Source: the human T2T-CHM13v2.0 reference genome, Homo sapiens. Taken from it: 64,000 bases of DNA. The stretch's first letter is position 1, and each line of letters begins with the position of its first letter. Positions 1 to 14,345 of the stretch are shown one piece after another. Where the stretch lies: the NCBI GenBank assembly GCA_009914755.4, contig CP068257.2, forward strand, positions 12,672,001 through 12,736,000, given 5' to 3'. Under the pieces are notes generated by a model, which made no database searches, had not been told where the DNA came from, and was given only the letters and a program-made list of their open reading frames with translations. The position numbers and the translations under genes are program-made.

Positions 1-3000
1 ATAATGACAGGATCAAATTCACACATAACAATATTAACCTTAAATATAAATGAGCTAAATGGCCCAATTAAAAGACACAGACTGGCAAACTGAATAAAGA
101 GTCAAGACCCATTGGGGTGCTGTATTCAGGAGACCCATCTCATGTGCAAAGACACACATGGGCTCAAAATAAAGGGATGGAGGAATATTTACCAAGCAAA
201 TGGAAAGCAAAAAAAAAAAACAAAAAAAAAAGGGTTTGCCATTCCTAGTCCCTGATAAAACAGACTTTAAACCAACAAATATCAAGATCAAAAAGACAAA
301 GAAGGACATTAAATAATGGTAAAGGGATCAATGCAACAAGAAGAGCTAACTATCCTAAATATATATGCATCTAATACAGGAGCACCCAGATTCATAAAGC
401 AAGTTCTTAGAGACCTACAAAGAGACTTAGACTCCCACACAGTAATAGTGGGAGACTTTAACACCCCATGTCAATATTAGACAGATCAATGAGACAGAAA
501 ATTAACAAGGATATTCAGGACTTGAACTCAGCCCTGGACCAAGCGGACCTAATAGACATCTACATAACTCTCCACCTCAGATCAATAGAATATACATTCT
601 TCTCAGCACCACATCACACTTATTCTAAAACTGACCACATAATTGGAAGTAAAACACTCCTCAGCAAATGCAAAAGAACGGAAGTCATAACAGTTTCTCA
701 GACCACAGTGCAATCAAATTAGAACTCAGGATTAAGAAACTCACTCTAAACAGTAGAACTACATGAAAACTGAACAACCTGCTCCTGAATGACTACTGGG
801 TAAATAGTGAAATTAAGGCAGAAACAAATAAGTTCTCTGAAATCAATGAGAACAAAGACAAAACATACCAGAATACCTGGGACACAGCTAAAGCAGTGTT
901 TACAGGGAAATTTACAGTGCTAAATGCCAACAGGAGAAAGCGGGAAAGATCTAAAATCGACACCCTGACATTGCAATTAAAAGAACTGGAGAAGAAAGAA
1001 CAAACAAATTCAAAAGGTAGCAGAAGACAAGAAATAACTAAGATCAGAGCAGAACTAAAGGAGATAGAGACACGAAACACCCTTCAAAAAAATCAGTGAA
1101 TCCAGGAGCTGGTTTTTTGAAAAGATTAACAAAATTGATAGACCACTAGACAGACGAATAAAGAAGAAAAGAGAGAAGAATCAAATAGATGCAATAAAAA
1201 GTGTTAAAGGTAATGTCACGACTGATCCCACAGAAATACAAATTACCATCATAGAATACTATAAACACCTCTATGCAAATAAACTAGAAAATCTAGAAGA
1301 AATGGATAAATTCCTGGACACATACACCCTCCCAAGACAAAACCAGGAAGACGTAAAATCCCTGAATAGACCAATAACAAGTTCTGAAATTGAGGCAGTG
1401 ATTAATAGCCTACCAACCAAAAAAAGCCCAGGACCAGACGGATTCACAGCCGAGTTCTACCAGAAGTACAAAGAGGAGTTGGCACCATTCCTTGTGAAAC
1501 TATTCCAAACAATGGAAAAAGAGGGAATCCTCCCTAACTCATTTTATGAGGCCAGCATCATCCAGATACCAAAGTCTGGCAGAGACACAACAAAAAAAGA
1601 AAATTTCAGGCCAATATCCCTGATGAACATAACGTGAAAACCCTCAATAAAATACTGGCAAAACAAATACAGCAGCACGTCAAAAAGCTTATCCACCATG
1701 ATCAAGTCAGCTCCATCCCTGAGATGCAAGGCTGGTTCAACACACAAAAATTAATAAACATAATCCATCACATAAAGAGAACCAATGACAAAAACCACAT
1801 GATTATCTCAATAGATGCAGAAAAGGCCTTTGATACAATTCAACAGCCATTCATGCTAAAAACACTCAATAAACTAGGTATTGATGGAACATATCTCAAA
1901 ATAATAAGAGCTATTTTTTACAAACTCACAGCCAATATACTGAATGGGCAAAAGCTGGAAGCATTTCCTTTGAAAACTGGCACAAGACAAGGATGCCCTC
2001 TCTCACCACTCCTATTCAAAATAGTATTGGAAGTTCTGGCCAGGTCAGTCAAGAGAAAGAAATAAAGGGTATCAAATAGGAAGAGAAGAAGTCAGATTGT
2101 CTCTGTTTGCAGAATATGTGATTCTATATTTAGAAAACCCCATCATCTCAGCCCAAAAACTCCTTAAGCTGATAAGCAACTTCAACAAAGTCTCGGGATA
2201 CAAAATCAATGTGCACAAATCACAAACATTCCTATACACCAATAATAGACAAAAAGAGAGCCAAATCATGAGCAAACTCCCATTCACAATTGCTACAGAG
2301 TGAATAAAATACCTAGGAATACAACTTACAAGGCATGTGAAGGACCTCTTCAAGGACAACTATAAACCATTGCTCAAGAAAATAAGAGAAGATACAAACA
2401 AACGGAAAAATATTCCATGCTCACGGATAGGAAGAATCAATATTGTGAAAATGGCCATACTGCCCAAGGAATTTATAGATTCAGTGCTATCCCCATCAAG
2501 CTACCATTGACTTTCTTCATAGAATTAGGAAAAACTACTTTAAATTTCACATGGAACCAAAAAAGAGCCCATATAGCCAAGACAATCCTAAGCAAAAAGA
2601 ACAAAGCTGGAGGCAGCACACTACCTGACTTCAAACTATACTACAAGGCCACACTAACCCAAACAGCATATAAAAACCATGGAACAGAACTGAGTCCTCA
2701 GAAATAACACCACATATCTACAACCATCTGATCTTTGACAAACCTGACAAAAACAAGCAATGGGGAAAGGATTCCCTATTTAAGAAATGGTTTTGGGAAA
2801 ACTGGCTAGCCATATGCAGAAAGCTGAAACTGGACCCCTTCCTTACACCTTATACAAAAATTAACTCAAGTTGGATTAAAGACTTAAACATAAGACCTAA
2901 AACCATAAAAACCCTAGAAGAAAACCTCGGCAATACAATTCAGGACATAGGCATGGGCGAGGACTTTATGAGTAAAACACCAAAAGCAATGTCAACAAAA

Positions 3001-3035
3001 GCCAAAATTGACAAATGGAATCTAATAAGAAGAAA
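1..3035 (+). mobile_element. LINE-1 (L1PA-like) fragment running from the ORF2 start codon region (pos 4) through the endonuclease (EN) and reverse-transcriptase (RT) domains into the C-terminal part of ORF2. It has multiple frame disruptions and ends internally at an A-rich microsatellite
   Basis: Pos 4 begins atgacaggatcaaattcacacataacaatattaacc = MTGSNSHITILTLNINGLN (L1 ORF2 N-terminus). ORF-track fragments 468-722, 896-1099, 1302-1637, 1634-2065, 2097-2303 and 2417-2707 are colinear with L1 ORF2 (…FRPISLMNI…[13 protein letters not shown]…[13 protein letters not shown]…KLPMTFF…). Similarity ends near 3030 (KIDKWNLI). Confidence 0.9.
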
Positions 3036-3252
3036 GAAAGAGAGAAATAAATAAATAAATAAATAAATAAGGGAAGGAGGGAGGGAGGGAGGGAGGAAGG
3101 AAGGAAGAAAGAAAGAAAAAAGAAGGAAGGAAGGAAGCAAAGAAAAAGGAAGGAAGAGAAAGAGAGAAAGAGGAAGGAAGGAAGAAGGGAAGGAAGGAAG
3201 GAAAGAGGGAAGGAAGGGAGGGAAGGATGGAGGGAGGGAGGGAAGGAGGAGG
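3036..3252. repeat. Compound microsatellite (AAAT)n followed by interrupted (GGAA)n/(GGGA)n
   Basis: aaataaataaataaataaataagggaaggagggagggagggagggaggaaggaaggaag… seen directly. Confidence 0.9.
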
Positions 3253-3560
3253 GAGAAAAGAATACTTTGGTAAGATCACCTCAGGTCCAATATGTCATAT
3301 TTTTATCAACACAACCCAGAGTCAAACCGACTTTTTAAAGAATAAACTAAATTTTTCAAATAAGAGATTTCAAACAACTAAACAAATCACATTTTATCTT
3401 ATGTTTGAGAAGCCTATTATAATTTTTCCAATTACTTGGCTATACTGGTTTATTATTTTCTATTCTCTCTCTCATTTTTTATCTGCTTTATTGTTTGGTA
3501 AGATAATATTACATAAAGAGAGTTTTCCTGACTTTTCAATCTAAATTTCTATTTTTTTCA

Positions 3561-4022
<462 letters not shown>

Positions 4023-5829
4023 TCATGAAAAGGCTCATGGGAAAACTGTCTAGCTGCCTATCAGGAGTATGTTCAAAAGAAGGAGTAGGGGGGTTGAACC
4101 AAATAATTTCTGAAAAATTTTCCCCTCAAAGTTTAAGAATTAGAGTTAGTTTAATGACATTATTTTTCTAGCAGAACTAAAATATTTATTTCAAGCTGTT
4201 TCCACATTTTTTTCTAAATTTATATTATGCCTATTAATTACTTTCTTAAATCTCTGTCACTGTCTTCCCTGAATAAAATAAACTGGAAATTTTACTTTAC
4301 TACCTAGGCTGCCCCCTTTTGTCTTTCATGCGCAACACTGAATCACTTTTGTCTTCCCATATGTACTCCACACTTTGTTTTTGGGCTTAGCTCAGAGACA
4401 ATGGTTTCAATATGATGATTTTACATATTTTATACAAAATATGTAAATGGACATTGTGCCAATTTTCCTGAGAATTTCTCAAGGACAGAACAAGACTCAT
4501 GTTTAAAATTTCTCTACCAAGATTAAATAATTTCTCTCTTAAAAGACTCAAATAAAGCCTGTTATTCAAAACAAAGTGCCTAGAACCAAATGCAAGGTAT
4601 TTTTTTTGTGAAAAAATGATGAATAACATTTTTGTTTGAAAAAGCAATACCTTTCTATATAGTATCCAATAAATTATTGGTTTTCGTTAGTTATATCTAA
4701 TTAGGAAGGCTTAATTCCCTTTTAACAGTTGGATTTCATAGCATTTTATGTCCAGCTACATTAAGAATTAATTTTTTGGCTTGGCACCAATGCTAAATTT
4801 GCTTATCCAAAGAGAAGCCATGCCAGCAGCTTGAAGGATGATGACAGTAATTAACCCAAATCATATACCAGTAGCTATTCCAATGAAAGTGTCTGTTAAA
4901 TAGTGTATCTTTCTCTGATGCTGAGGCTGATCCTACAAAGGACATGCACTGCAACCTCCCACAGAATGTTTCTGGATACTCGTTCCAGAGATAGGAAGGG
5001 AAGAACTACCAGGCTGTCCAAATAAGGCGTTTCTTATTCTGAAAAATACAATGGAAACCATGAAGAAATGGGGGTTTCTCATAATCTGCTGAGAGGTGTG
5101 TACATCAGTTCAGCATTTCTAGAGGTCAGTTTAATAGTGGATACATCAAATGACTTGTAATTGATCATGTCGCATGTTATCGTGTATGGGAATTTAGTAC
5201 AAGAGGCAATAAAAGATGTATGAAAAGAATGGTCACTATAGCAATAAAGTAGGAAAAAAAAATACAACCACTATAAGCATTGACTTTGTTAAATAAATCA
5301 TATCACGGTAAAATGATAAAATATTATGTTATAAAATATAGTGGTGTTATAGAAGAATATGTTTTTTATAAATTGGGTTATAACTGTGTAATTTTCTTAA
5401 AAAAGTATGAACTGGTTATAGAACAACATTATCAATATTATTAATATTGACAATCATATTAATAATTACAATATTGACCTATATCAATATAAGAGCAATA
5501 GTAATATAAGTTATATCTTATACACATTATATAATATAACATAATATAAGAGCAACATTAACAATATTATCATATCACACACAAAGAGAGGCAAGACTAC
5601 TGAAATATTCACAAGCGTGTTACCACAGATTGTCTCTGAAATGTAGGATTGTAAATCTTTTCTTCTCCTTCTTTTCCTCTTCTCCATCTTTTATCCTTTT
5701 CCTCCTCCTTCTCCTCCTCCTTTCTTCTCACTTTTCTTCTTGCTGTTTGTTATTTTCTAAATATTTATCCAATGATATGATTTCAGAAATATTTAGAAGA
5801 CGAAATTGACAAATACTTGGTGAATAGAT

Positions 5830-6450
5830 GGAAATGTCCCATGATCAAGACAGAGGAAGTGTTGTGGCTCCTTGCAAAGCCAGAGAAAACACTAGGGGAG
5901 AGAGGAAAGTAACTGGCTCAGTTAAGGTTGTCTATGATAGAAACAAGCAAAGAAATAAAGTAGATGTCAAGAAAGCATTTGACACATGGATCTGGAGCTC
6001 AGGGAAAAGCTATGGACTGGAGATACCAATTTGAAAATCATCCACAAAGAATCAGGTTATTGAAACTATGGGAGTGGATGAGATTGCTCAGGATAGTGTG
6101 AAGCATACAAAGGAAATAATTCCTAGAACTGAGCCCGAGGAAACATAAACATTGGAGGGAAGACAGAGAAAGGAACCTAAAGAGAAACTAACGGAGGGCC
6201 AGAAAGGTGGAAAGAATATGAAAGTACAGTGGTGAAAAGAAGTGAAGAAGGAGCCCTTTAAACAAGTGAGTGGTCAACAATATTAAATGTGATGAAGAGT
6301 TTAAGTGAAATAACTTTCAAAGTGTCTAATAGACACAGCAATAAGTAGTTTACTAGCACTCTTGATGGAAACAATTTCAACCAGGTGCCAAAAACTTTAA
6401 GGAGGAAAATGTGGTTTGACAGAAAAATATTTGGTTACAAAAGGGCAGCA
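5830..6450. repeat. Ancient mammalian interspersed repeat, family not determinable by eye. It contains ORF 5828-6034
   Basis: Motifs tggatctggagctcagggaaaag…ggactggagataccaatttg…gggagtggatgagattgctcagg resemble a common old interspersed-repeat consensus. No splice-site context. Confidence 0.35.
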
Positions 6451-8510
6451 AAAAGTAGGATGGTAACTGAATAAGGAGAATAACTGTTGTTGTTGTTATT
6501 GTTGTCGTTGTTTTGTGATGGTTTTAAAATGAGAAGAATGAGTTGTTTTCTGTCAGCTGATGAGAAGGAGTCAGTAGAAAGGAAGAAGGTGAAGATAAGA
6601 GAACAACTCAGTGTTTTTCAGACTTGCCTTAAGATATGATCCCTTTCTATCATTTGTTTAAAAGATAGATTTCTAGAGGAGAAGTCTTATAACCTGTATT
6701 TTTAACTGTCTGTGTTTGTTACAGGAGAGAATTGGGAAAGACTGGGTGGAATGCAATAAATGTAAAGGTTTGGTGACTGACTTCCTTGTCTTCTGTTTCC
6801 TCCATGAAGTGGGATATGAGTCCCCTTCTGAGAGTCATGCAAGGATTTCTAGGCACTGTTAAGAACCCACGTAGAAAGAAGATGTTAAGTGACGGTAGAA
6901 CCAGTTTTCAGGGTTGCCTGATTTTTTGAAGCAGCACTTCACAGAAGTCGAGGTGACCAGGATTGACATGCAAGTTCTAAGAGACAGGTTAGAACTCACC
7001 TTTTCTTCATGGAAGAAAAGCAGGGAATGGGGGTTCAAAAATATTACCAAAGATTGCATGAAATGATAATCATGGAGAATGCAGGGAAAAGAGAGCGAAT
7101 ATAGGTTTGCCTGGGACTCAGGAATTCTCTAGAAGTTGGATAGTCAATGCTAAAACCAGGTAAATCTCAGGTAAAGCAGGATCATTGATTATCCAAGACA
7201 GCAAAGATGATAGAAGGCTAGATTTGGGAATCTAAGTAAAATAAAAACCAAATGTAGTGAGAATAACTGAATTTAAAACTTATAAATAGAAGAGATTGTG
7301 ATCAGAGATTGAAATACTTAGAGTTGGGTTTTCAGAGATGGGTTAGTTCTAAGTAATAAGATTCATGGTTTAAGGTCATGAAAGTTGATGGCCAAAGTGT
7401 GGTGCACATGCAGGACATGGAGCTATGAAGATCATGAAGCTGGAAAAGAGATTAAGTTTAATACAGTTTTTCATGTAATCTATGACATTACCCAGGGTGG
7501 TGGCAGAACAAAATGAGAAGAGTAACCGTGATGTTAGTTCATCTTCTGACATAGCAAGAAGTGAGTAGATGCCAGTCTAGGCCAGGATGAGAAGGGACAG
7601 AGTATGGTACAGCCAGATGGCATCAGTTTAAATGCTCTAAAGACTTGATTCGAGTTTAAGGGATAATTATTTAGAAGAAGCAGTTAAAAATAGACCACAA
7701 GCCCTGGCCCTAAATTATGTGGGATATGGTAGAATGAAGAGTATACCTCTGATAAGACCAAAAAGATGCAAAGTTATTATCGGGGAAAACCAAGTTGCTG
7801 TTAGAGTAAGGGAGTAGAGAACGATGCAACAAAATGGTTAAGGATGTATAATTTTTTTATGTTAGTTTCATGTAAAACCTAAAAAGCAAACATCGTCTTG
7901 CTTTATCAGGCCCTCATTGGATCAAGGAAAACAGCTCTCAATGAAAAAAGAAAAGATCCCTGTTGGTGGGGTAAGCACCAGAAGAACTAATGTTATTTGC
8001 TATTAACCACCTAAACATAAAATCTTACCTTGCATTATTGATAAATACTATAGATTTCTCATTTAATTTGAGGAGAATTGCTATATAATAGTTTGAGGAA
8101 GTTGAATGAAATGGAATTGTTGGTGGTTAGTTAGGATTACACGTTATTTAGTTATGTATATTCTTTTTCACTAATGAGAGCAACTAACATTAATTGAGAT
8201 TTTAAGGGTTCAGTACTGTGCTTGACACTCTACATATACTTATGTGGTGACTACTGTTCTTCTAATTAACAGGTGATTCATCTGAGGATTACAGGTGTTA
8301 GTGACTTGACCAAGATCACAAAGCTTAGGAAACGTCAGAATAGGGTTTAAATTGAGGTGTTACTTTAAAGTACATCTTTGAAATGCTGTATCTTACTACG
8401 TATTTAATTGATGCTAATCAGAAACTATCAATAAGGGAACTTATTCAGAAATGGCATGTCATGTTCCGGTATCTCTTGGTAATCTAATTTTATATCAATT
8501 TTGCCTTTAG

Positions 8511-8730
8511 TTGAAGTTCTCCATCATTCTGCAGTACCTCCAAGCCTTTGGCTGGCTCTGGGTGTGGCTGACTGTGGTCACTTACTTAGGGCAGAATTTG
8601 GTGAGCATTGGACAGAATCTATGGCTTAGTGCATGGGCAAAAGAAGCAAAAAACATGAATGAGTTCACAGAATGGAAGCAAATAAGAAGCAATAAACTTA
8701 ACATCTATGGATTATTGGGATTAATAAAAG
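8511..8730 (+). CDS. ABCC13: ABCC13 exon A (TMD2): LKFSIILQYLQAFGWLWVWLTVVTYLGQNLVSIGQNLWLSAWAKEAKNMNEFTEWKQIRSNKLNIYGLLGLIK(G)
   Basis: Acceptor ttttgcctttag|TTGAAG, donor AAAAG|gtaaaag. Aligns to MRP1 …NYWLSLWTDD…RLSVYGALGISQG. Ends in phase 1. Confidence 0.8.
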
Positions 8731-11700
8731 GTAAAAGAAAATGTAAAGCTGTTTCTCTTTTCTTTTTCTGACCTAATTGATTCAAACACAAACTAGTGGC
8801 ATCGTGTTATTTCAAATAAAATCTGGGCCATAATTTTCAAATATTTGGGGATAACTCAAATGCATATGTTTCCACTTTACCATATTTGAGAGAATAATCC
8901 AAAACTTATGGTGTCATCTACATGGCTCACATTAAATATTACACATAGTTACTTAATCTTGAAAATAATTATTTAAAAAGGTGCTGTTGTCCTCATTTTA
9001 CAGCTGAGGAAACTGAGGCTTTTATGTAAAGTCATGAAAGATTCAAAAATGGCCACTGTGTATATGTGAAGGTTGTGGGTGATGTGAAGATAAATAGGTG
9101 TCTATTAAGGGGTTTAAAGCCTAGTGAGCCTAGGTCACGTATACAATCAAACTACATGATCAGCATTAAACACTATAAAGATAGTGAAAGAAAACACTGT
9201 GAGAATTCAGAGCAAGGGGAGGCTGTATTGGGTTGCCATATTAATGTGATTTCTAAGGAGTACTTGACAATTGAGGGGAGACTAAAAGGATGAATAGAAG
9301 TTTATCAGCTTGAGATCACAGAGAAGGAGAGAAAGTCATAGAGGCAGATAGACAGGTGTGAGTAAAGACAGGGATGGGGAGGTAAGAAGGTATTTGGCAA
9401 GAGTGAGGGTGCCAGTTTGAGTGGTCTTCAGGTTATTGGTAGGGAAAAGTAGGGGAGCTAAAGGTGAGAAGGAAGATTGGAGATATGTCAGAGATGATCA
9501 TTGGGAAGGCAAGTGGAGGATTTTGGAAAATTGATGAAGGAAGTGACATAGTTGGATTTGTATTTCAAATAATAAATTAGCAGTGATAATAAAAAGATGG
9601 GTTTTTATTGGAGGGACTAAAGTCAGAGAGACTAAAGTCAGAGAGACTAGAATGAAGCAGGGGTTGGTAGGAAAAGAATAATCAAGTGTATTTGGGAGTC
9701 CAGAAGAAAGGTAGTCTAGTATAGAAAGATCTCCTATCTGATCCATGGCTGTGTCACCCAAAATAACCAATAGGTAAGAAGCAGAAGAGAATTGAATAAA
9801 TACCGAATGAAAGAGTGAATGAATGGCCAGAGAGCTACAATGGAATTGGATAATAGGGATGAATAGGAAAGACATTACAGTGAAAAACCTAAGAATTGTC
9901 CATTTGAGGGTGAGTCAGGAAAGGGCATTCATTAGTCAATCATGCTTTTGAGGTTTAGGTTGGGTAACTGGGATATCAATGATGACAAAAATAAGGAAAA
10001 CAGGAAACCAGGAAAAAAATAGGAAACCACTAATCAAACCAGAGCCTTAATTAGTGAAGGACAGAAATGGTGAGTTCATTGTTGGACACATTTAATGGGA
10101 AGTTTTGATGAATTTTTCCATTTTTTTTTCTCCAGTTGGCAGACTAAAAATGCACATCTGTAAGTCTGGAAATTAGGCTTCTTTATCTGTAAAATGAGGG
10201 GCTTAAACTGGATGATTTCTACATTTCTGTCAAATTCTAACATTCTAGAGCTCTTAGTTCTACTTACTCTTGGAATTATTCTGTAGAGATAATCAGTGAA
10301 CCCATAGGAGTAGATAGGATCACCATGAATGAGGAATAAGAGCCATGAGAGTGAATGACAGATTCTTGAGGGGTGTCCACATAGAGCTGATTAGTGGACT
10401 AACTTCACAGAAATTGAACAGAGATAAGTTCCTCGTCAGATGATCAGAGGGAGAGAAGGAGACAGAACAACAGCCACAATGATGTGAATGCCTGCTCCAT
10501 GTCTGGAAACCCAGGCATGTTTTCATTGTTGAAGTTGAAACAAATGAAAATGCCTGTATTTGACTTGTTCTGACCCACAAAAATGGCAATTTCATACGGC
10601 TTAAGCTAACACAGTAGTTTATTTAGCATGTACCCTAATGAGGGAGCTCTGACACTCTTTACTTAAACTTTGTTACTTATGGTTTCAGTTTTATCACTTG
10701 TAAAGGATAGATATTGTTTCCTTGATTACATCAAATATGTGTAGTGCATACTCAAGAGTGCAATAAATGTTAGCTATTATTTAACAATAGAAAATATAAA
10801 TAATTATGACAAAGCCCTGTGACTGGTAAGTTTTGGAGCCGGATTTGCATCCATGTCCAGCTTACTCCCAAGCCAATGTTCTTAAAAACTAAATTGGCAT
10901 TTACATGGACAGTAATGAGACATTCTACAAACACCAGGTTCTATTTCAATAGGTTTGGGAAACTGAGTTCCTCCATGAATCTGAAATCTTTTTTCTTTCC
11001 TTCATTAAAGGTTTTGAGATATTCTACAATAAAATGACCTGTTTAATTCTGTTTAGCACAATGCTCCTCAAATTTATTTGACCATGATTTTTTTCCTTGT
11101 GTTGCTCATTAATATCTTGGAGCAACTTGTGTTCCACAGAATATACTTTGAGAAATTCCAAACTGTGAGCATTGCCTTCCAAGAAACAGAAAAGTATGAT
11201 GTAACAAAGGCAAAAAAAAAAAAATACTGTTTGAAGTAAATTCTCAGTAGTTCTGAAATGTTACATATCTATTAAAAACAAAGAAAATTAAGAAATGATT
11301 CTTGATTATAGTAAAGGAAACATGATCAAGAGAGAAATGGAAAAAGAATATAGATTGTAGTTAATTGAATAATTGTTTGGAAAATTCAAAAGTATAGTAT
11401 AACTAAAGGGAAGTTTTTTTTAGAGATAATTTCTTGTGTTTGTATCAAGTGAAACAGGTGCACCTAGAGTGAGACTGGTAGTAACGCAAATAAGAAAATA
11501 ATAGAGCCATCTATGTGGAAGTTGTTATATCTTCATATTCATATCCATATGGGAAAACAGAGAGAGATGCATGATTTTGGTAATGGAAAAGTCAGATAAA
11601 ACAAAAACTATGAAACTTAGAACCTTGCTTCTCTTTTCTCCTCTCTTATTTTTACTGTCTGGCCATAGTACTGCTTGTAACTGTCTCCATTTAAAAATAG

Positions 11701-13966
11701 GCAGATATTATGAGACAGATTTATGTTTGTTCTGTCATTTTGTTAACATTCACTGGGAAAAGAGATGTTCATAACGAAAATGAGATATAAGAATTATCTG
11801 GAGTATGGAAGAACAGGACTTTACAACTTCTTTGCTTTTGAGTCAGTGAGAGTCAGATTTATTGACTTGCAGTTTGCAACTCAGTGAGGAAGATACAGAT
11901 GTAGAGGTCTCAAATTATAGCAAGAGAAACATCCATATATACATGAATCTCCGTATCTCTGCATGTCACATGTACATATGAAGGCTAAATTCACACCAAT
12001 TCAGTGAAATTATGTTACAGCTTTAGAGTAGATGCAATAACCTTTGAAGAACATTTTAAGTGAGTAAATAGCATTTCTATAACATATAAAGTATGCAATT
12101 TTAGTGTCCATAATATTACTTATGTAAAGCCTTAATTTTAATTAACTGTCAGTAAATATAGAAAGAGTTTATAACCAAAGAAACAGATTATGAACAGTTT
12201 TATCATAAAGATTTTTTTCCTGATTGGCTTTTGTTTAGAGTGGTCTGCAGTTGTTAGAATATTAATCTTCCCTGATATATTGCTGCTTCACATTTTTTAC
12301 ATTTAAAAAATTTTTAATTTTTAAGGCTTATTAAGTGCAATTGCAAATTATGTTTCCATAAGTAAGGTGAGCCTAGAAATAAAAATCTATAATTTCTGGG
12401 TTTTTTTGTTTTTTTCTTGGTAGAACTCAGCTCTCTTATGGAACCTGATTTAATTGAGAGCAGGCTATATTCACTGACATCATCATAGCTCATTTATATT
12501 TTTTATTTTTTGGAACTTTAAAGCATAAACAGCACTTTCACATGTTAATACTAGAGGCCCACTACAAAAAATATAGAAGGCTAGCATTCAAACAAAACTG
12601 GAGAACTGAAGCTGAAAATGCTACATCCATATTTTATGACACTAATAAAGATCTTACCTCATTTTTTAAAAAAGAAATTGCCCTGAATAGTTTTTTTCCC
12701 TGAGTCTCAGCTATTCGCTTCAAATTTCTAGGATACTTGGCACATTTCTAATGTATCGTGTTTTATGTCTCACTGTTGGGAACTTCCTTTCTCCGATCCA
12801 ATGTGTAAAATATAGGCACCTTATTTTCAAAGTGTGATGATTAAGGAGCACACTGCTGCTTCCAGTTTAAGAGGGCTAAGTGGTTCATTTACTTTACTTA
12901 CCTCACTAAATTCCACTGAAAGGACAGTGAATAAATATAAAAGGAAAGGTGTAAGGAGACTTCAGAGTAATACATTTCTATATACGGGAATATATATGGG
13001 ACAGAAAATGAAGGGTAGAAGAAAACCTGTAGCCAGGAACAGATACTGGAGAAGCTGGAGCAGAAGAGGGAGATGTTCAGTTGAGCCATGGAAAAACACT
13101 AAACTTATGTTCACAGGTACAGAGGGAAGAATTGAGTTTCATGGAAGTAATCAAAGTAATTCATTAGAACGTTGTTCTGATGGCCCATCAGCCTCTTTTA
13201 GAACAACGCTGCTACCACCACCAATGTATACAGCCACTGTGATAGTAACAGTATGATGAAAACTAGAAAGCTGATGTTTAAAGAGGAAATTAGGGTTTCT
13301 AGCATGTGTGACACAGATAGAAGGAAGCCTCCTTATTGTGGCTTTTGGAGAAGGCTCAGCCAACTTGACTTGCATCCCAGTATGAAGCCTTTCAGGGTCA
13401 TACCTTCCCACTTAAGCAGAACTTGAAGCAAACTCTTCCATTCAGGGGAGAGAAATGTTGGGGGAAATTAACATATGCAACGGCAGAAGAAAGTCACATC
13501 AGGTACCTATATTAATTAACCATGTCTTTGTCTCATATTTTTAAACTGATAATGCCCATCCAGGGAATACATTTCACTCAAACCAACAGCATAAATAAAA
13601 GTCAACAAATACAGCAGTCAGGCCCAGAAGTAAAACAACAATATGTGGAATACAATTAGACCTTCAAAATGTCTAATTACTGCTTTCAGAGATTCAAAAT
13701 ATTGCATCCATGAAGTCAATGTGGAATGTGCTAAAATAAGTTCAGCCTGAGAACAAGAAAGCTCTTGAAAACATTTTAAAAGGTTGTACAAATGTAACAT
13801 AAGTTAGAAGAAATTATCCCAAATGTACAACATTATAAACAGAGATGGAAAATGAAAGATAAGAAAAAATTACAGGTACAGTTCAAGAAGTTTAACATGT
13901 ATATAAAAAGTTTCAGTAAATGGGGAAAAAATACTAAGTACATAATATTTTTAAAAAATACTTCCT

Positions 13967-14345
<379 letters not shown>

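Noticed and set aside
468-2707. Six + strand ORFs that could look like separate small genes
   Set aside because: All are colinear fragments of a single frame-disrupted L1 ORF2. They are annotated as one mobile element
5828-6034. ORF (+) containing ERKVTGSVKVVYDR, faintly reminiscent of MRP1 …QTGQVKLSVYWDY… just upstream of ABCC13 exon A. Considered as a possible upstream exon
   Set aside because: It lies inside a stretch that matches an ancient interspersed-repeat consensus (tggatctggagctcagggaaaag…ggactggagataccaatttg…). There are no flanking splice sites in phase with exon A and the similarity is only 5-6 residues. The true upstream exon is probably outside the window
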